Positions 1 through 9,220 of a stretch of DNA of 64,000 bases are shown one piece after another (the first letter of the stretch is position 1; the number at the start of each line of letters is the position of its first letter). The position numbers and the translations under genes are program-made. The DNA comes from Pseudomonadota bacterium (GTDB taxonomy: Bacteria > Bdellovibrionota_B > Oligoflexia > Oligoflexales > CAIMVM01), in NCBI GenBank assembly GCA_037142195.1, contig JBAXBA010000001.1, forward strand, positions 96,001-160,000, read 5' to 3'. The notes beneath the pieces are model-generated. The model was not told the DNA's origin, made no database searches, and saw nothing but the letters and a program-made list of their open reading frames with translations.

Positions 1-2195
1 TGGAATTCTTCTTCAAAGCCTGGAATCTCTTCACCCTCAGGAAAAGCCGCCACCGAGAGGCTCTTGGAAGGCTTAAAATCTGGATGTCTAGGAATCTTGG
101 ACCATATCTCTTCAGTAACAAAAGGCATCATAGGGGCGGCCAGGCGTAAAGCTCCTTCAAAAACATAAAACAATGCGCTGGCGCAAGCTTCGCGAGCTTC
201 CTCGTGATGGGAATCCAGAGTTAATTTAGCGGATTCCAGTCCCCAGTCACAAAAGCTCCGCCATATCAATTGATAGACTTTATCCACTGCTTCATTAATT
301 TGATAGGCTTCCAGGTGGCGATTTACGGCAGCTGCAGTGTGCTTAAATTCAGTAATCAACCATTTACTAGGAAGTTCTAAGGAAACCTCATTCAAGGGCT
401 TCAAAGCAATGCCGTTGGTTTTGGTCATTAAAAAACGAGCGGCATTCCATATTTTATTGATAAAATTTCGCCCTACTTCAAAATCTGAGGGCGACATACG
501 AACTCTTCCGCCGATGGAAGAAAGGCTGACACAGGTATATCTTACGGCGTCCGCTCCATACTGATCCATGACCACTAAGGGATCGATACCATTTCCAAGG
601 GTTTTTGAGAACTTTCTTCCATCTTTATCACAAATGATAGAGTTGAAATAAACATCATGAAACGGCAAGTTTCCAAGGGTTTCAAAGCCAACCATGACCA
701 TCCTCGCCACCCATAAGAAGATGATGTCTGGGCCGGTAATCAACACATTAGTTGGATAAAAGTAAGCTAGGTCTTCCGTCTTTTGGGGCCAGCCAAAAGT
801 ACTTTGAGCAAAAAGCCATGAAGAAAACCAAGTATCTAATACATCTTCATCTTGTCTTAACTTAGAGCTGCCACACTGGCCGCAAGTTTTGGGATCGTCC
901 ATTCCGGTAGTCACATGTCCGGATTCTTCACAATACCAAATGGGTATGCGGTGTCCCCACCAAAGTTGTCTTGAAATGCACCAATCTTGAATATTCTCAA
1001 GCCAGTGGAAGTAAGTCTTCTTCCAGGAGTCAGGATAGAATTTGAGACGACCGTCACGGGCCGCATCTAGAGCAGGCCCTGCAAGGCTGCTCATCTTCAC
1101 ATACCATTGTTTAGAAAGTCGAGGCTCTATCGCGACCTTGCCGCGATCACTATAGGGAACTGAATTTTTTATGGACTCCTCTTTTTCAAAGAGTCCAAGA
1201 GCTTTAAGTTCTTTGATAATCTTTTTTCTCGCATCATATCGGTCTAGTCCCTTAAAGCCTTCAGGACAAAGATCACTAAGTGTTGCGTCCTCATTAAGGA
1301 TGTTGATCATTGGGAGCTGATGTCTCTTTCCCAACTCAAAATCATTGGGATCATGGGCTGGAGTAATTTTAACAACACCGGTACCAAATTCCATTTTGAC
1401 ATAAGTATCCGCCACCACCGGAATGCTACGCTGCACAAAAGGAACGACGACGTTTTTTCCGATGAGATGTTGATACCGTTCATCATCAGGGTGCACCGCC
1501 ACCGCAACATCACCCAGCATCGTTTCAGGTCTTGTAGTAGCTACGGTAACATAGGAATCGACTTCACCTTCTACCGGATAACGAAAGTGATAGATTTGAC
1601 TTTGCATTTCAATCATTTCAATTTCATCATCTGAAATGGCTGTCTTTAATTTAGGGTCCCAGTTAACCAGTCTTTCACCGCGATAAATCAGTCCCTTTTC
1701 GAAAAGATGTACAAAAATCTTTCGCACCGCTAAAGACAACTCTGGGCTCATGGTATAAGCCTCTCTCGTCCAATCACAAGAGGCGCCTAGTCTCTTTTGC
1801 TGAGTCGTAATGATACTGCCGTTTTTTTCTTTCCACTCGAGGCACTTTTGAAAGAAGGCTTCTCGTCCTAGGTCTTTCCTTTTAATTCCAGATGACTCTA
1901 AGGATTTTTCCACCATCATTTGAGTGGCAATGCCCGCGTGATCAGTGCCTGGCACCCAGCAAGCATTATAGCCAAGCATTCTTTTCCATCGCACGAGAAT
2001 ATCTTGTAAAGTTACATTTAAGCCGTGCCCCATGTGGAGACGATCCGTCACATTGGGCGGAGGAATCACGACACTGTAGGGCTTTTTTGTTCGGTCTGGC
2101 TTCGCCTCAAAAAGGTGATTATCCATCCAATAATTCCACCATTTGGACTCATATTTTTTGTGATCATATACTGCGTCTAAATTTTCCACTGTCAT
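1..2195 (-). CDS. valS: Valine--tRNA ligase (3' end beyond the window edge)
   Basis: Absent from the ORF track because it runs off the edge. Manual translation from ATG 2195 gives MTVENLDAVYDHKKYE, PPPNVTDRLHMGH (HIGH), DWCISRQLWWGHRIP, DVLDTWFSS, and KFSKT at the KMSKS position. Confidence 0.96.
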   Translation of the reverse strand, partial: MTVENLDAVYDHKKYESKWWNYWMDNHLFEAKPDRTKKPYSVVIPPPNVTDRLHMGHGLNVTLQDILVRWKRMLGYNACWVPGTDHAGIATQMMVEKSLESSGIKRKDLGREAFFQKCLEWKEKNGSIITTQQKRLGASCDWTREAYTMSPELSLAVRKIFVHLFEKGLIYRGERLVNWDPKLKTAISDDEIEMIEMQSQIYHFRYPVEGEVDSYVTVATTRPETMLGDVAVAVHPDDERYQHLIGKNVVVPFVQRSIPVVADTYVKMEFGTGVVKITPAHDPNDFELGKRHQLPMINILNEDATLSDLCPEGFKGLDRYDARKKIIKELKALGLFEKEESIKNSVPYSDRGKVAIEPRLSKQWYVKMSSLAGPALDAARDGRLKFYPDSWKKTYFHWLENIQDWCISRQLWWGHRIPIWYCEESGHVTTGMDDPKTCGQCGSSKLRQDEDVLDTWFSSWLFAQSTFGWPQKTEDLAYFYPTNVLITGPDIIFLWVARMVMVGFETLGNLPFHDVYFNSIICDKDGRKFSKTLGNGIDPLVVMDQYGADAVRYTCVSLSSIGGRVRMSPSDFEVGRNFINKIWNAARFLMTKTNGIALKPLNEVSLELPSKWLITEFKHTAAAVNRHLEAYQINEAVDKVYQLIWRSFCDWGLESAKLTLDSHHEEAREACASALFYVFEGALRLAAPMMPFVTEEIWSKIPRHPDFKPSKSLSVAAFPEGEEIPGFEEEF

Positions 2196-2201
2196 CCTCG
2201 T

Positions 2202-3419
2202 TTATGCTAATGAAATGATTTTATCTAGGGCCTCGTAAAGTTCAACTTTCGGGATGTTTAGGGCGGGAGTTAGGGCAAGTGAGCGACCTTGGCTTCCACA
2301 AGGAATCGCAATCACACCTACCTTCCTCAATTGATTCATAAGCTTCACACCATAAAACTCTTCTGTCCCCTCTATGGCAAGCATGAGGCCTCTACCTCTG
2401 ATTTGCTTTACCGAGGACTTTTGCCCTAAGTGAACTTTCAAGTAGTCTTTAATCTCGCTTCCCAGGTTGGCTGATCTAGTTACCAAATTTTCTTGGATCA
2501 CTGTTTTAAGCGTAGCTTCGCCTATTGCAGTGGACAGTCCATGTCCAAAAAAAGTACCGGTGTGTCTCGCTTCGCCATTGCTTTCTGGCCAAGCAGACAT
2601 AATCTCCCGAGATGATACGCAAGCAGATAGCGGCATACCACCTCCGATAGCCTTTCCCACACAAAGGATATCACACTCGTCTTTTGCGGCTAAAACTGTC
2701 TCGCCTGCTCGACCGACGCCGGTAAAAACTTCATCAAAAATGAGTAAAGTGCCACTTTGTTTGGTTTCGGAATAGAGCTCACGGAGCCAATTTGCATTTC
2801 CCTCACGCATACCCCCTCGCCCTTGAATCGGCTCACATACGACGGCTGCTACTTTTTTTGATTTGAGACATTGGGACAGTTCTGAGGTCATCACTCCGTA
2901 AGGAAAAACTTTAACTTTTGATGCATTGAGCCAACTCTCAAACGGTTTTCTAAAAAATTCCCCCCTTGTTAAGGATAGAGATCCTAAGTCCAGGCCGTGA
3001 TAGCCGGAATCAAAAACCACGAATTCGTCTCTCGAGGTGGAGTACATGGCTGTCTTCATAGCGAATTCTATCGCCTGAGCCCCAGATAAGGAAAGGGCTG
3101 CGGTTGTAAACTTTGAAGGGAGAAAGGCGACGAGAGCTTCCATAAAATCTACTTTAGATTTTGAAGGATACAAATCCCCTAAAGCTTGAGTCACCAGATT
3201 CTGATCCAAAACATTTTGCAGCGTTTTTTTGAAAGCCGGATGATTATGACCAAGGGGAAGAGTACCAAATCCGGCACATAAGTCTATGTAAGAATCACCT
3301 TCTACACTGTAGACTTTCGATCCTAAGGCGGTGCCGTATACTAACGCCGGTTCAAACCACGGCGTAGAATCTCGACACTCCATAGCTTTCAATTTTTCTA
3401 AATATTGACTTGAATCCAT
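2202..3419 (-). CDS. Class III PLP-dependent aminotransferase (ArgD/GabT family)
   Basis: YIDLCAGFG, SGAQAIEFAMK, EPIQGRGG, LIFDEVFTGVGRAG, GKAIGGGMPLSA with the PLP Lys. Confidence 0.9.
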   Translation of the reverse strand: MDSSQYLEKLKAMECRDSTPWFEPALVYGTALGSKVYSVEGDSYIDLCAGFGTLPLGHNHPAFKKTLQNVLDQNLVTQALGDLYPSKSKVDFMEALVAFLPSKFTTAALSLSGAQAIEFAMKTAMYSTSRDEFVVFDSGYHGLDLGSLSLTRGEFFRKPFESWLNASKVKVFPYGVMTSELSQCLKSKKVAAVVCEPIQGRGGMREGNANWLRELYSETKQSGTLLIFDEVFTGVGRAGETVLAAKDECDILCVGKAIGGGMPLSACVSSREIMSAWPESNGEARHTGTFFGHGLSTAIGEATLKTVIQENLVTRSANLGSEIKDYLKVHLGQKSSVKQIRGRGLMLAIEGTEEFYGVKLMNQLRKVGVIAIPCGSQGRSLALTPALNIPKVELYEALDKIISLA

Positions 3420-4069
3420 CAGACGCCCTTAACTCGTGGACCCCAAATATACTTATGTATTTGGAGATTTAATCGAAACGTCACGGGCGCACTTAAAATC
3501 CAAGTTACGAGATCTTTTGGGTCTACATGTCCGAATGCCGGAGATGCCAACAAGTTGACTTTATTCTCAAGCTTATGCTCTTGGACAAACTTGCAGCTCC
3601 AATCAAAATCTTCTTGGGAAGCTACGACAAATTTAAGATCATCTGTGGGCTTTAAATGTTGCAGATTGCCAAGTTTGTTTTTAGATGACATCCCGCTTCC
3701 CGGACACTTCACATCCATCACAATGTGAGTTTCTTTAGGCAGAAACTCTATGGGCTCAGAACCACTCGTTTCAATCATGACTTTAAAGCCTTGAGCCACA
3801 AACATCTCTGCCAATTGGTTGGTTTGGGTTTGGGCTAAGGGCTCACCGCCGGTTAGCTCCACCGTCCGAGGGGCCAGGGCTTGCACCTGCGCCACAATTT
3901 CCGCTAGAGTGAGAAATGCGCCCCCCTCAAAGGAATACACTGTATCGCACCACTTGCAACGGAGGGGGCATCCTGCAAGCCTAACAAATGTACAAGGAAT
4001 TCCGGTTAAAGATGACTCTCCTTGAATACTCTGATAAATCTCTATAACTTTTAAAGTGTCTTTGTTCAA
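3419..4069 (-). CDS. queE: 7-carboxy-7-deazaguanine synthase (radical SAM)
   Basis: EIYQSIQGE, FVRLAGCPLRCKWCDT (CxxxCxxC), TGGEP, C-terminal QIHKYIW. Confidence 0.92.
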   Translation of the reverse strand: MNKDTLKVIEIYQSIQGESSLTGIPCTFVRLAGCPLRCKWCDTVYSFEGGAFLTLAEIVAQVQALAPRTVELTGGEPLAQTQTNQLAEMFVAQGFKVMIETSGSEPIEFLPKETHIVMDVKCPGSGMSSKNKLGNLQHLKPTDDLKFVVASQEDFDWSCKFVQEHKLENKVNLLASPAFGHVDPKDLVTWILSAPVTFRLNLQIHKYIWGPRVKGV

Positions 4070-4096
4070 TTTTAGGGCTCTATATAGGTTTCAATT

Positions 4097-4912
4097 ATGA
4101 ATGCAGCGAATCAAAAATCAGTAGAATGGACCTCACTATCACTTGCACAAAATGCCTGGCATTCTGTGTGGGAAGACCGCAAAACAGTTTTTTATATTAG
4201 CTTTTTTGGACTGTTTTTGCCACAGATAGTCATACACCTGGTAGGGGCTGAAGGCGGCCTGCGCATTCTCTCTCAAGCTGCTAACATTACAGGCATTTTA
4301 TCTGGCGATCGGACCCAGGTGTTGCCGCTCCTTGCCGCCTCCCTCGAGTCCTTATTCTCCCAGTCTCTAGGGGTTGGGCTGCTTCTCTGGCCTATTTTTG
4401 TCTTCTCTTGTCTTTCTCTAGTTCATCTAGCCCTTAAAAAATCGGCCTCCTGGAAAGAGCGTCTGCGGATTTTGCCATCCGCCATGATATTTTCAGCTCT
4501 GTTTGCCACAGCATTATTTTTGACCCAATCACTCTTTCTGATTCAATTTGCAATTAAAGTATTAGCCTCGGTGGCTCCCGTGCTGATGGTTTCTGAGGCA
4601 CTCGGGGCCTTTTCAGCTTTTGGAAAGTCTCTGATTACGAAATACTTGAAAGATGCAACTCAAACTGGAGTCGGACTTTTTTTTAATTTAGCAACACCCC
4701 ACGCTTTAATTTCTATATTTTATGATTTGATGAGCACTACATCAAACTACTGGGCAGAAAACACGGTGCATTTAGGGGGAGTGTGGAGCTCGCCAGGATT
4801 TATTGCTATGTTGATCAGAGTCGCTTTTTTTTCCTTCTATCTTCCCTATTCCTTATACTTAGCAGCAACCGTTTATCAAAAGGCCAGAAAAAGACTGTCG
4901 ATTATCACCTAG
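4097..4912 (+). CDS. Hypothetical multi-pass membrane protein
   Basis: 271-aa ORF with about 6 hydrophobic segments; fills the gap between queE and the next gene. Confidence 0.7.
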   Translation: MNAANQKSVEWTSLSLAQNAWHSVWEDRKTVFYISFFGLFLPQIVIHLVGAEGGLRILSQAANITGILSGDRTQVLPLLAASLESLFSQSLGVGLLLWPIFVFSCLSLVHLALKKSASWKERLRILPSAMIFSALFATALFLTQSLFLIQFAIKVLASVAPVLMVSEALGAFSAFGKSLITKYLKDATQTGVGLFFNLATPHALISIFYDLMSTTSNYWAENTVHLGGVWSSPGFIAMLIRVAFFSFYLPYSLYLAATVYQKARKRLSIIT

Positions 4913-5580
4913 AACTGGCCGCGATTTAAGATCCATGTCAAGTGGCTTTGATCGACTTCAGCCAATTCCTCTTTAAGGAACTCTAAAAGAGAATCTTTTA
5001 AGTTTTGTGTTAATACTAGCTCAAGATCTCCAGGAGTAAGTCCTATAACATACTCATTTAGACCAGCAATAAAATCACGGTGGGTTTTGCCCTTACGATA
5101 ATCGGGCTCTCTACTGGGATGTTTTAACAGCCTTTCTATGAGATCAATTCTGGATTCCACTAAAATCGAAGCCTGATAAAGTAGATAGCCCTTCGATCTA
5201 AAAAGACTGGTACCAGCTATTTTCTTGTCTCCTACAGCCAAATCACTGATGCCACGTTCTCTGATGTCAATCGATCCATATTTTTTTTGAATGGCAGTGG
5301 AAATACTTTTATTGATTAAACTAAAATAGACATCATTTTTAAATGGCTGCTGCATCCATGCCCCAAAAGACACAACGACACATCCGGAATGAAGAACGAC
5401 AGTACCACCGCCGCCAGCTCGCTTGAGAACCTCGACCCCTTCTTGGTCACAAAGCTCCAAATGACACTCTTTTTCAGCCTCATTACTTCGGCCTAAGACT
5501 ACTGTACTTGTTTCTGGTACCCAGCATCTTAAAAAAAAACTCTTAGCCGCTTCCTTAAAAATAATGTCATCTATTTTCAT
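4909..5580 (-). CDS. Lipoate-protein ligase / octanoyltransferase family (BPL/LplA catalytic domain only)
   Basis: VVLGRSN, KRAGGGGTVV, SDLAVGDKKIAGTS. Confidence 0.85.
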   Translation of the reverse strand: MKIDDIIFKEAAKSFFLRCWVPETSTVVLGRSNEAEKECHLELCDQEGVEVLKRAGGGGTVVLHSGCVVVSFGAWMQQPFKNDVYFSLINKSISTAIQKKYGSIDIRERGISDLAVGDKKIAGTSLFRSKGYLLYQASILVESRIDLIERLLKHPSREPDYRKGKTHRDFIAGLNEYVIGLTPGDLELVLTQNLKDSLLEFLKEELAEVDQSHLTWILNRGQF

Positions 5581-5617
5581 GAACGGATCTCCCGGACCTC
5601 ACCGCTAAAGTGATTTT

Positions 5618-6610
5618 TCAATGTAATGTGCTTAAAACTATGGTCGAGCAATCCTTCAAATCTTTTAGAGACTTGATCTGCTTTATAGACTCTATAAATG
5701 CATCTAAACTCGAAAAGCAAGCATACTTTTGTTCAATTTCTATTTGGTGGCCTAGATAGGTCTTTGAAGCAAGAACACGGGCATTATTCCACTTACTAGG
5801 ATCAGAGGCAACGTAACGGGCCTGATTTGTTTTGAGCTGACTTAAATGAGATTTAAAGATCTCTTCTTTTTTTTGCTTCATGTCTTGAGGCGGCAGGTCT
5901 CTATTGCCATATAGACCGCGGAGGTCGCTTTCTAAAGAAAGGAGCCACTGACTTGATTGATTTAAAGACGCGCGGGATTTCAAATAAGGCGCAAGTCCAA
6001 CGCCTCTTTTTTTAAGAAAAGCTAACGTTGCTTTTTCGGCAATAAATTCTGCCATATTTTCATTAAGGTCTACTCCACCAGAAATCCAGAATGTTCTATG
6101 AGTGAGCTCATGAAAGAGGAGGTGAGCTAAGTCTGATGGCTGTAACTCAAGCATACTAGGAAATAAAGGGTCTGGAAACCAACCCAGAGATGAAAAGGCT
6201 GCAACACGGCTGAGATTTACATCAAATCCTTTTTTTTCTAATTCACGCGCTTGCTCATCACGTTCATCCCGATCATAAAATCCTTTATAAGGCACCTCAC
6301 CAACAATGGGAAACCACCAAGTATAGCTCTTGAGCTCATAGGGATAGGCAGCAGACACCGACCAAGCGACCACATTATCTTTAGGAAAGACGACATGTCG
6401 ATAAGAGCTTCCCACAATTAAGCCCAAATCCTGGGCTTCCTTTAGAATGTCCCTAATCCAATCCTTGGTGTCTTGGCTAACGCTGGCTACATCTTCAAGG
6501 GGCTCCCGGCCCAAAAAAAGTTTTGTTTGTCGAAAAGCTTGTCGTGTCACATAGCAGCCTGAAAAAGCTGTGGAAAACAAAAGAAGTGCCAATCCTGATT
6601 TTATTTTCAA
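5618..6610 (-). CDS. Putative zinc aminopeptidase lipoprotein
   Basis: WWFPIVGEVPYKGFY, AFSSLGWFPDP, LFHELTH (HExxH) plus NENMAE. Start moved to TTG 6610, which gives the lipoprotein signal LKIKSGLALLLFSTAFSGC. Confidence 0.82.
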   Translation of the reverse strand: MKIKSGLALLLFSTAFSGCYVTRQAFRQTKLFLGREPLEDVASVSQDTKDWIRDILKEAQDLGLIVGSSYRHVVFPKDNVVAWSVSAAYPYELKSYTWWFPIVGEVPYKGFYDRDERDEQARELEKKGFDVNLSRVAAFSSLGWFPDPLFPSMLELQPSDLAHLLFHELTHRTFWISGGVDLNENMAEFIAEKATLAFLKKRGVGLAPYLKSRASLNQSSQWLLSLESDLRGLYGNRDLPPQDMKQKKEEIFKSHLSQLKTNQARYVASDPSKWNNARVLASKTYLGHQIEIEQKYACFSSLDAFIESIKQIKSLKDLKDCSTIVLSTLH

Positions 6611-6891
6611 AGGGGGTCTCTCTGTGAAGGGCGTCCGGGTAGGAACCGGTGTCAAAAAGCCAGTCACAAGTATAGCAAGATCGTCAGCAGTTACCAGGGA
6701 TGCGCGAAATAACTTAGTTATAACGATAACTTGAGCCGCTTCTGCCGTGGCCTTCTTTTTGCTTAAGAGGTCCATGGCGTCCCTTTGGGGGTGCTATGGC
6801 AACGATCTCAAAAAGGGAAAACCATCATGCCGCCCCTTAAGCTCGACACCCTACCTAACGAGTCCGCTCTGACAGACAGAGTCCTCTTTTG
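6608..6891 (+). ncRNA. Candidate structured non-coding RNA of unknown family (~280 nt)
   Basis: The ends pair over ~45 nt (6608-6653 with 6845-6891) and enclose several internal helices. G-U pairs favour the + strand. It occupies almost the entire spacer between two divergent genes. Confidence 0.6.
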
Positions 6892-6913
6892 TCATAAAAG
6901 AACGTTCATCTTT

Positions 6914-7867
6914 ATGATCTTTTTATCATTTTATTCACACCGTGCTCTCTCACAGAGTCTTACCTTAGACGTTAAAAATAATAGTGAACGTAAACTCGTT
7001 GCCATTGAACCCGCAAATCCACAGCCCAGTTTTGAATATAAGTTTAGGTCTTGGGGAAGTGGTTTTTTGACACGTCTAACTAGAAAGCAAACGGGAGATA
7101 GCCCGACTTTGGTAAAACTTGCAAACGATTGGGCGGAGCCCAATGAATCCCAAGTGAGATATTCTCTAGGAATAAAAATGGTAATGCCCCACGAGCCCTC
7201 CAAAGACTCCCGACAGCTTTATAGCTATCTCTTAAGCTCGAGCTCTGGACTCATGGTGGAAGACCTCAACCAAAAACTCCCCATTTTAAAAATGTTTAGT
7301 TCCGGTTTGAATCTATCCGTTGATTTGATGAACCCATTTGGAGATGAGACCCTACCCGCCACGCAAACTACATTTAGTTATGTATTGGAAGATAAAAAAG
7401 GCGGCCAAGACCTGATCCTTGTGCCTCTAGTTGTCTCTAGGGCTCCTGAGGTTCCCAAAGCATCAAACCCCTCAAGCCTTCCTACTTGGAAGTTTAAAGG
7501 GTTGCTTAAGCCCAGTTTTGGTTCTGGACCAGGACTTACAATTGTATTGAATGAAGTCACAGGATTTTATCAGCTCGAAAAGAGTCTTGTGGGCGGTACT
7601 ACCTTCAATCAAAAGCTGTCGATCCCCATTCCTCAGAATCGCATCACTACAACTTTTGTTGCAAAAAAGGCTCAGATGACAGAAATAGATCCTTTTTATT
7701 TTCAAAGTGGTCGCTCGCTAAAATTTCAATACTTTCATATTGAGAAAAAAAACAACGTTATATTTGCCAAGAACTTCAATGGTGGAAAAATTGAATTTGT
7801 CACGACCTATACAAACCAATTTAGTTCCCTTAAATCTGCGACATTGGGTTATACATGTCAAATTTGA
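6914..7867 (+). CDS. Hypothetical exported protein, possibly an outer-membrane beta protein
   Basis: ATG 6914 gives a signal-peptide-like MIFLSFYSHRALSQ; the C-terminal half has amphipathic beta-like segments ending ATLGYTCQI. Confidence 0.6.
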   Translation: MIFLSFYSHRALSQSLTLDVKNNSERKLVAIEPANPQPSFEYKFRSWGSGFLTRLTRKQTGDSPTLVKLANDWAEPNESQVRYSLGIKMVMPHEPSKDSRQLYSYLLSSSSGLMVEDLNQKLPILKMFSSGLNLSVDLMNPFGDETLPATQTTFSYVLEDKKGGQDLILVPLVVSRAPEVPKASNPSSLPTWKFKGLLKPSFGSGPGLTIVLNEVTGFYQLEKSLVGGTTFNQKLSIPIPQNRITTTFVAKKAQMTEIDPFYFQSGRSLKFQYFHIEKKNNVIFAKNFNGGKIEFVTTYTNQFSSLKSATLGYTCQI

Positions 7868-9117
7868 CGCCAGTCTTTATATTCAAATCTCTGCACCGGA
7901 TCCAAAGTTTGTTCTAACAGATGGCTTGGGATCCACGCCTCTGGCTCATGGGTGCGCGTATCTCTGAATTCCCCAAAAGACTTGGTGATTTCATCGCCTA
8001 TCTTCTCACAAAGAGAACGGTAGGACGTGTATTTACCACCATAGATCGTGATGAAGAAGCCCCGGCCTGAATAATGATAGCCGAGAGAATGTTCTCTAGA
8101 CGTAGAAGAAATACTCTGACCTTGATCCACAGCAAGCCATCTCAGGCCAGAAAATGTTTGAATGATATTTTCTTTTCTAAGCTTAGGATCCAGATACTCA
8201 TTGCAGCCATTTAAGAGGTAGTCAATTTCTTCTTCAGAAATCTTGACGTCATTAGGTGATTCAGACCATAGCTTTTCCGTTGTTCCTAATAGAGTCACCC
8301 CTTGCCAAGGAGTTAAAAAGAAAATACGACCATCTCGAGGTGACTCTAAAAAAAGTCCCGACTTGATCCCCATATCCGGAAAAATGAGGTGAGATCCTTG
8401 ATTGTTGATGGCGCGATGGGTGGGAATCAGATTGCTTTGATGGAGAACTTCATGGGCCCAAGGACCTGCAGCATTGATCACCACGAGAGCTTTGAGATGC
8501 TGCGCCTTTCCGGACTCATCTGTATAGTCAACGATCCAGCCATCTTGATCTTTGTTCACGCTTGTAACAGTAGCTCCTTCCACAAGCTCACCCCCAAGAA
8601 ACCTACCGGATGCAGCCACGCGACGGACAAGTGCTAGGTCATCCATTTGACCATCATAAAAACTAAAAGCACAATTAATTTTTTCGGCATTTAGACAAGG
8701 AATTTTTGCTTTTGCTTCCGCAGTGCTTAATCCACGATGTCGTTCTAGATGATAGCTGCCTGCTAGAGTGTCATAAAGAGTTAAGCCTGCTTTAATCATG
8801 AAGCGATTCCTACCGCCCTTTTTTAGAATGGGTAATACAAGTTCAATCGGCTTTACAATGTCTGGAACGATATCCATAAGAGTCTTGCGCTCTTTTAGGG
8901 ACTCCCTTACCATTCCGAACTGACTTATGCGCTGCAAGTATCTTAATCCGCCATGGACTAACTTAGTGGACCGCGAACTCGTTCCCACACCGATTCGGTT
9001 CTTCTCCAGAAGGATCACATCTTTCCATCCTCTAGACGTCAAATCATGAAGAATGCCTGCACCGTGGATCCCCCCACCAATAATGGCAACTCTTACCCTT
9101 TTTAAATCTTTTTGCAT
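7858..9117 (-). CDS. glpD: FAD-dependent glycerol-3-phosphate dehydrogenase family protein
   Basis: IIGGGIHG, GTSSRSTKLVHGGLRYL, INAAGPW, GSHL, GTTE, FSGLR, GGKYTSYR. Confidence 0.85.
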   Translation of the reverse strand: MQKDLKRVRVAIIGGGIHGAGILHDLTSRGWKDVILLEKNRIGVGTSSRSTKLVHGGLRYLQRISQFGMVRESLKERKTLMDIVPDIVKPIELVLPILKKGGRNRFMIKAGLTLYDTLAGSYHLERHRGLSTAEAKAKIPCLNAEKINCAFSFYDGQMDDLALVRRVAASGRFLGGELVEGATVTSVNKDQDGWIVDYTDESGKAQHLKALVVINAAGPWAHEVLHQSNLIPTHRAINNQGSHLIFPDMGIKSGLFLESPRDGRIFFLTPWQGVTLLGTTEKLWSESPNDVKISEEEIDYLLNGCNEYLDPKLRKENIIQTFSGLRWLAVDQGQSISSTSREHSLGYHYSGRGFFITIYGGKYTSYRSLCEKIGDEITKSFGEFRDTRTHEPEAWIPSHLLEQTLDPVQRFEYKDWRQI

Positions 9118-9184
9118 ATTTATTGCTCACCCGTGAAGTTTCTTGACGAGATTTCCCCAAATTTATACGACATTGAGATTATAC

Positions 9185-9193
9185 TGCTATAAT
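9185..9193 (+). promoter_or_regulatory. Extended -10 promoter element (TGcTATAAT) for the PilZ gene
   Basis: Exact TGnTATAAT ending 28 nt upstream of ATG 9221. Confidence 0.5.
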
Positions 9194-9220
9194 AGTAACT
9201 CACCAACATTGCGGGTCCCT

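Noticed and set aside
337..2218. Short ORFs listed in the track over the first 2.2 kb
   Set aside because: They are shadows of valS, which the track missed because it runs off the window edge
6612..6891. tmRNA, RNase P, SRP or c-di-GMP/cobalamin riboswitch identity for the structured element
   Set aside because: It starts GGGGG like tmRNA but has no T-arm, CCA end or tag frame, and the signature sequences of the other families are absent
6611..6913. N-terminal extensions of the aminopeptidase (to 6775) and the orphan gene (from 6785)
   Set aside because: Signal peptides begin at 6610 and 6914; the extensions cover the structured spacer and do not look protein-like
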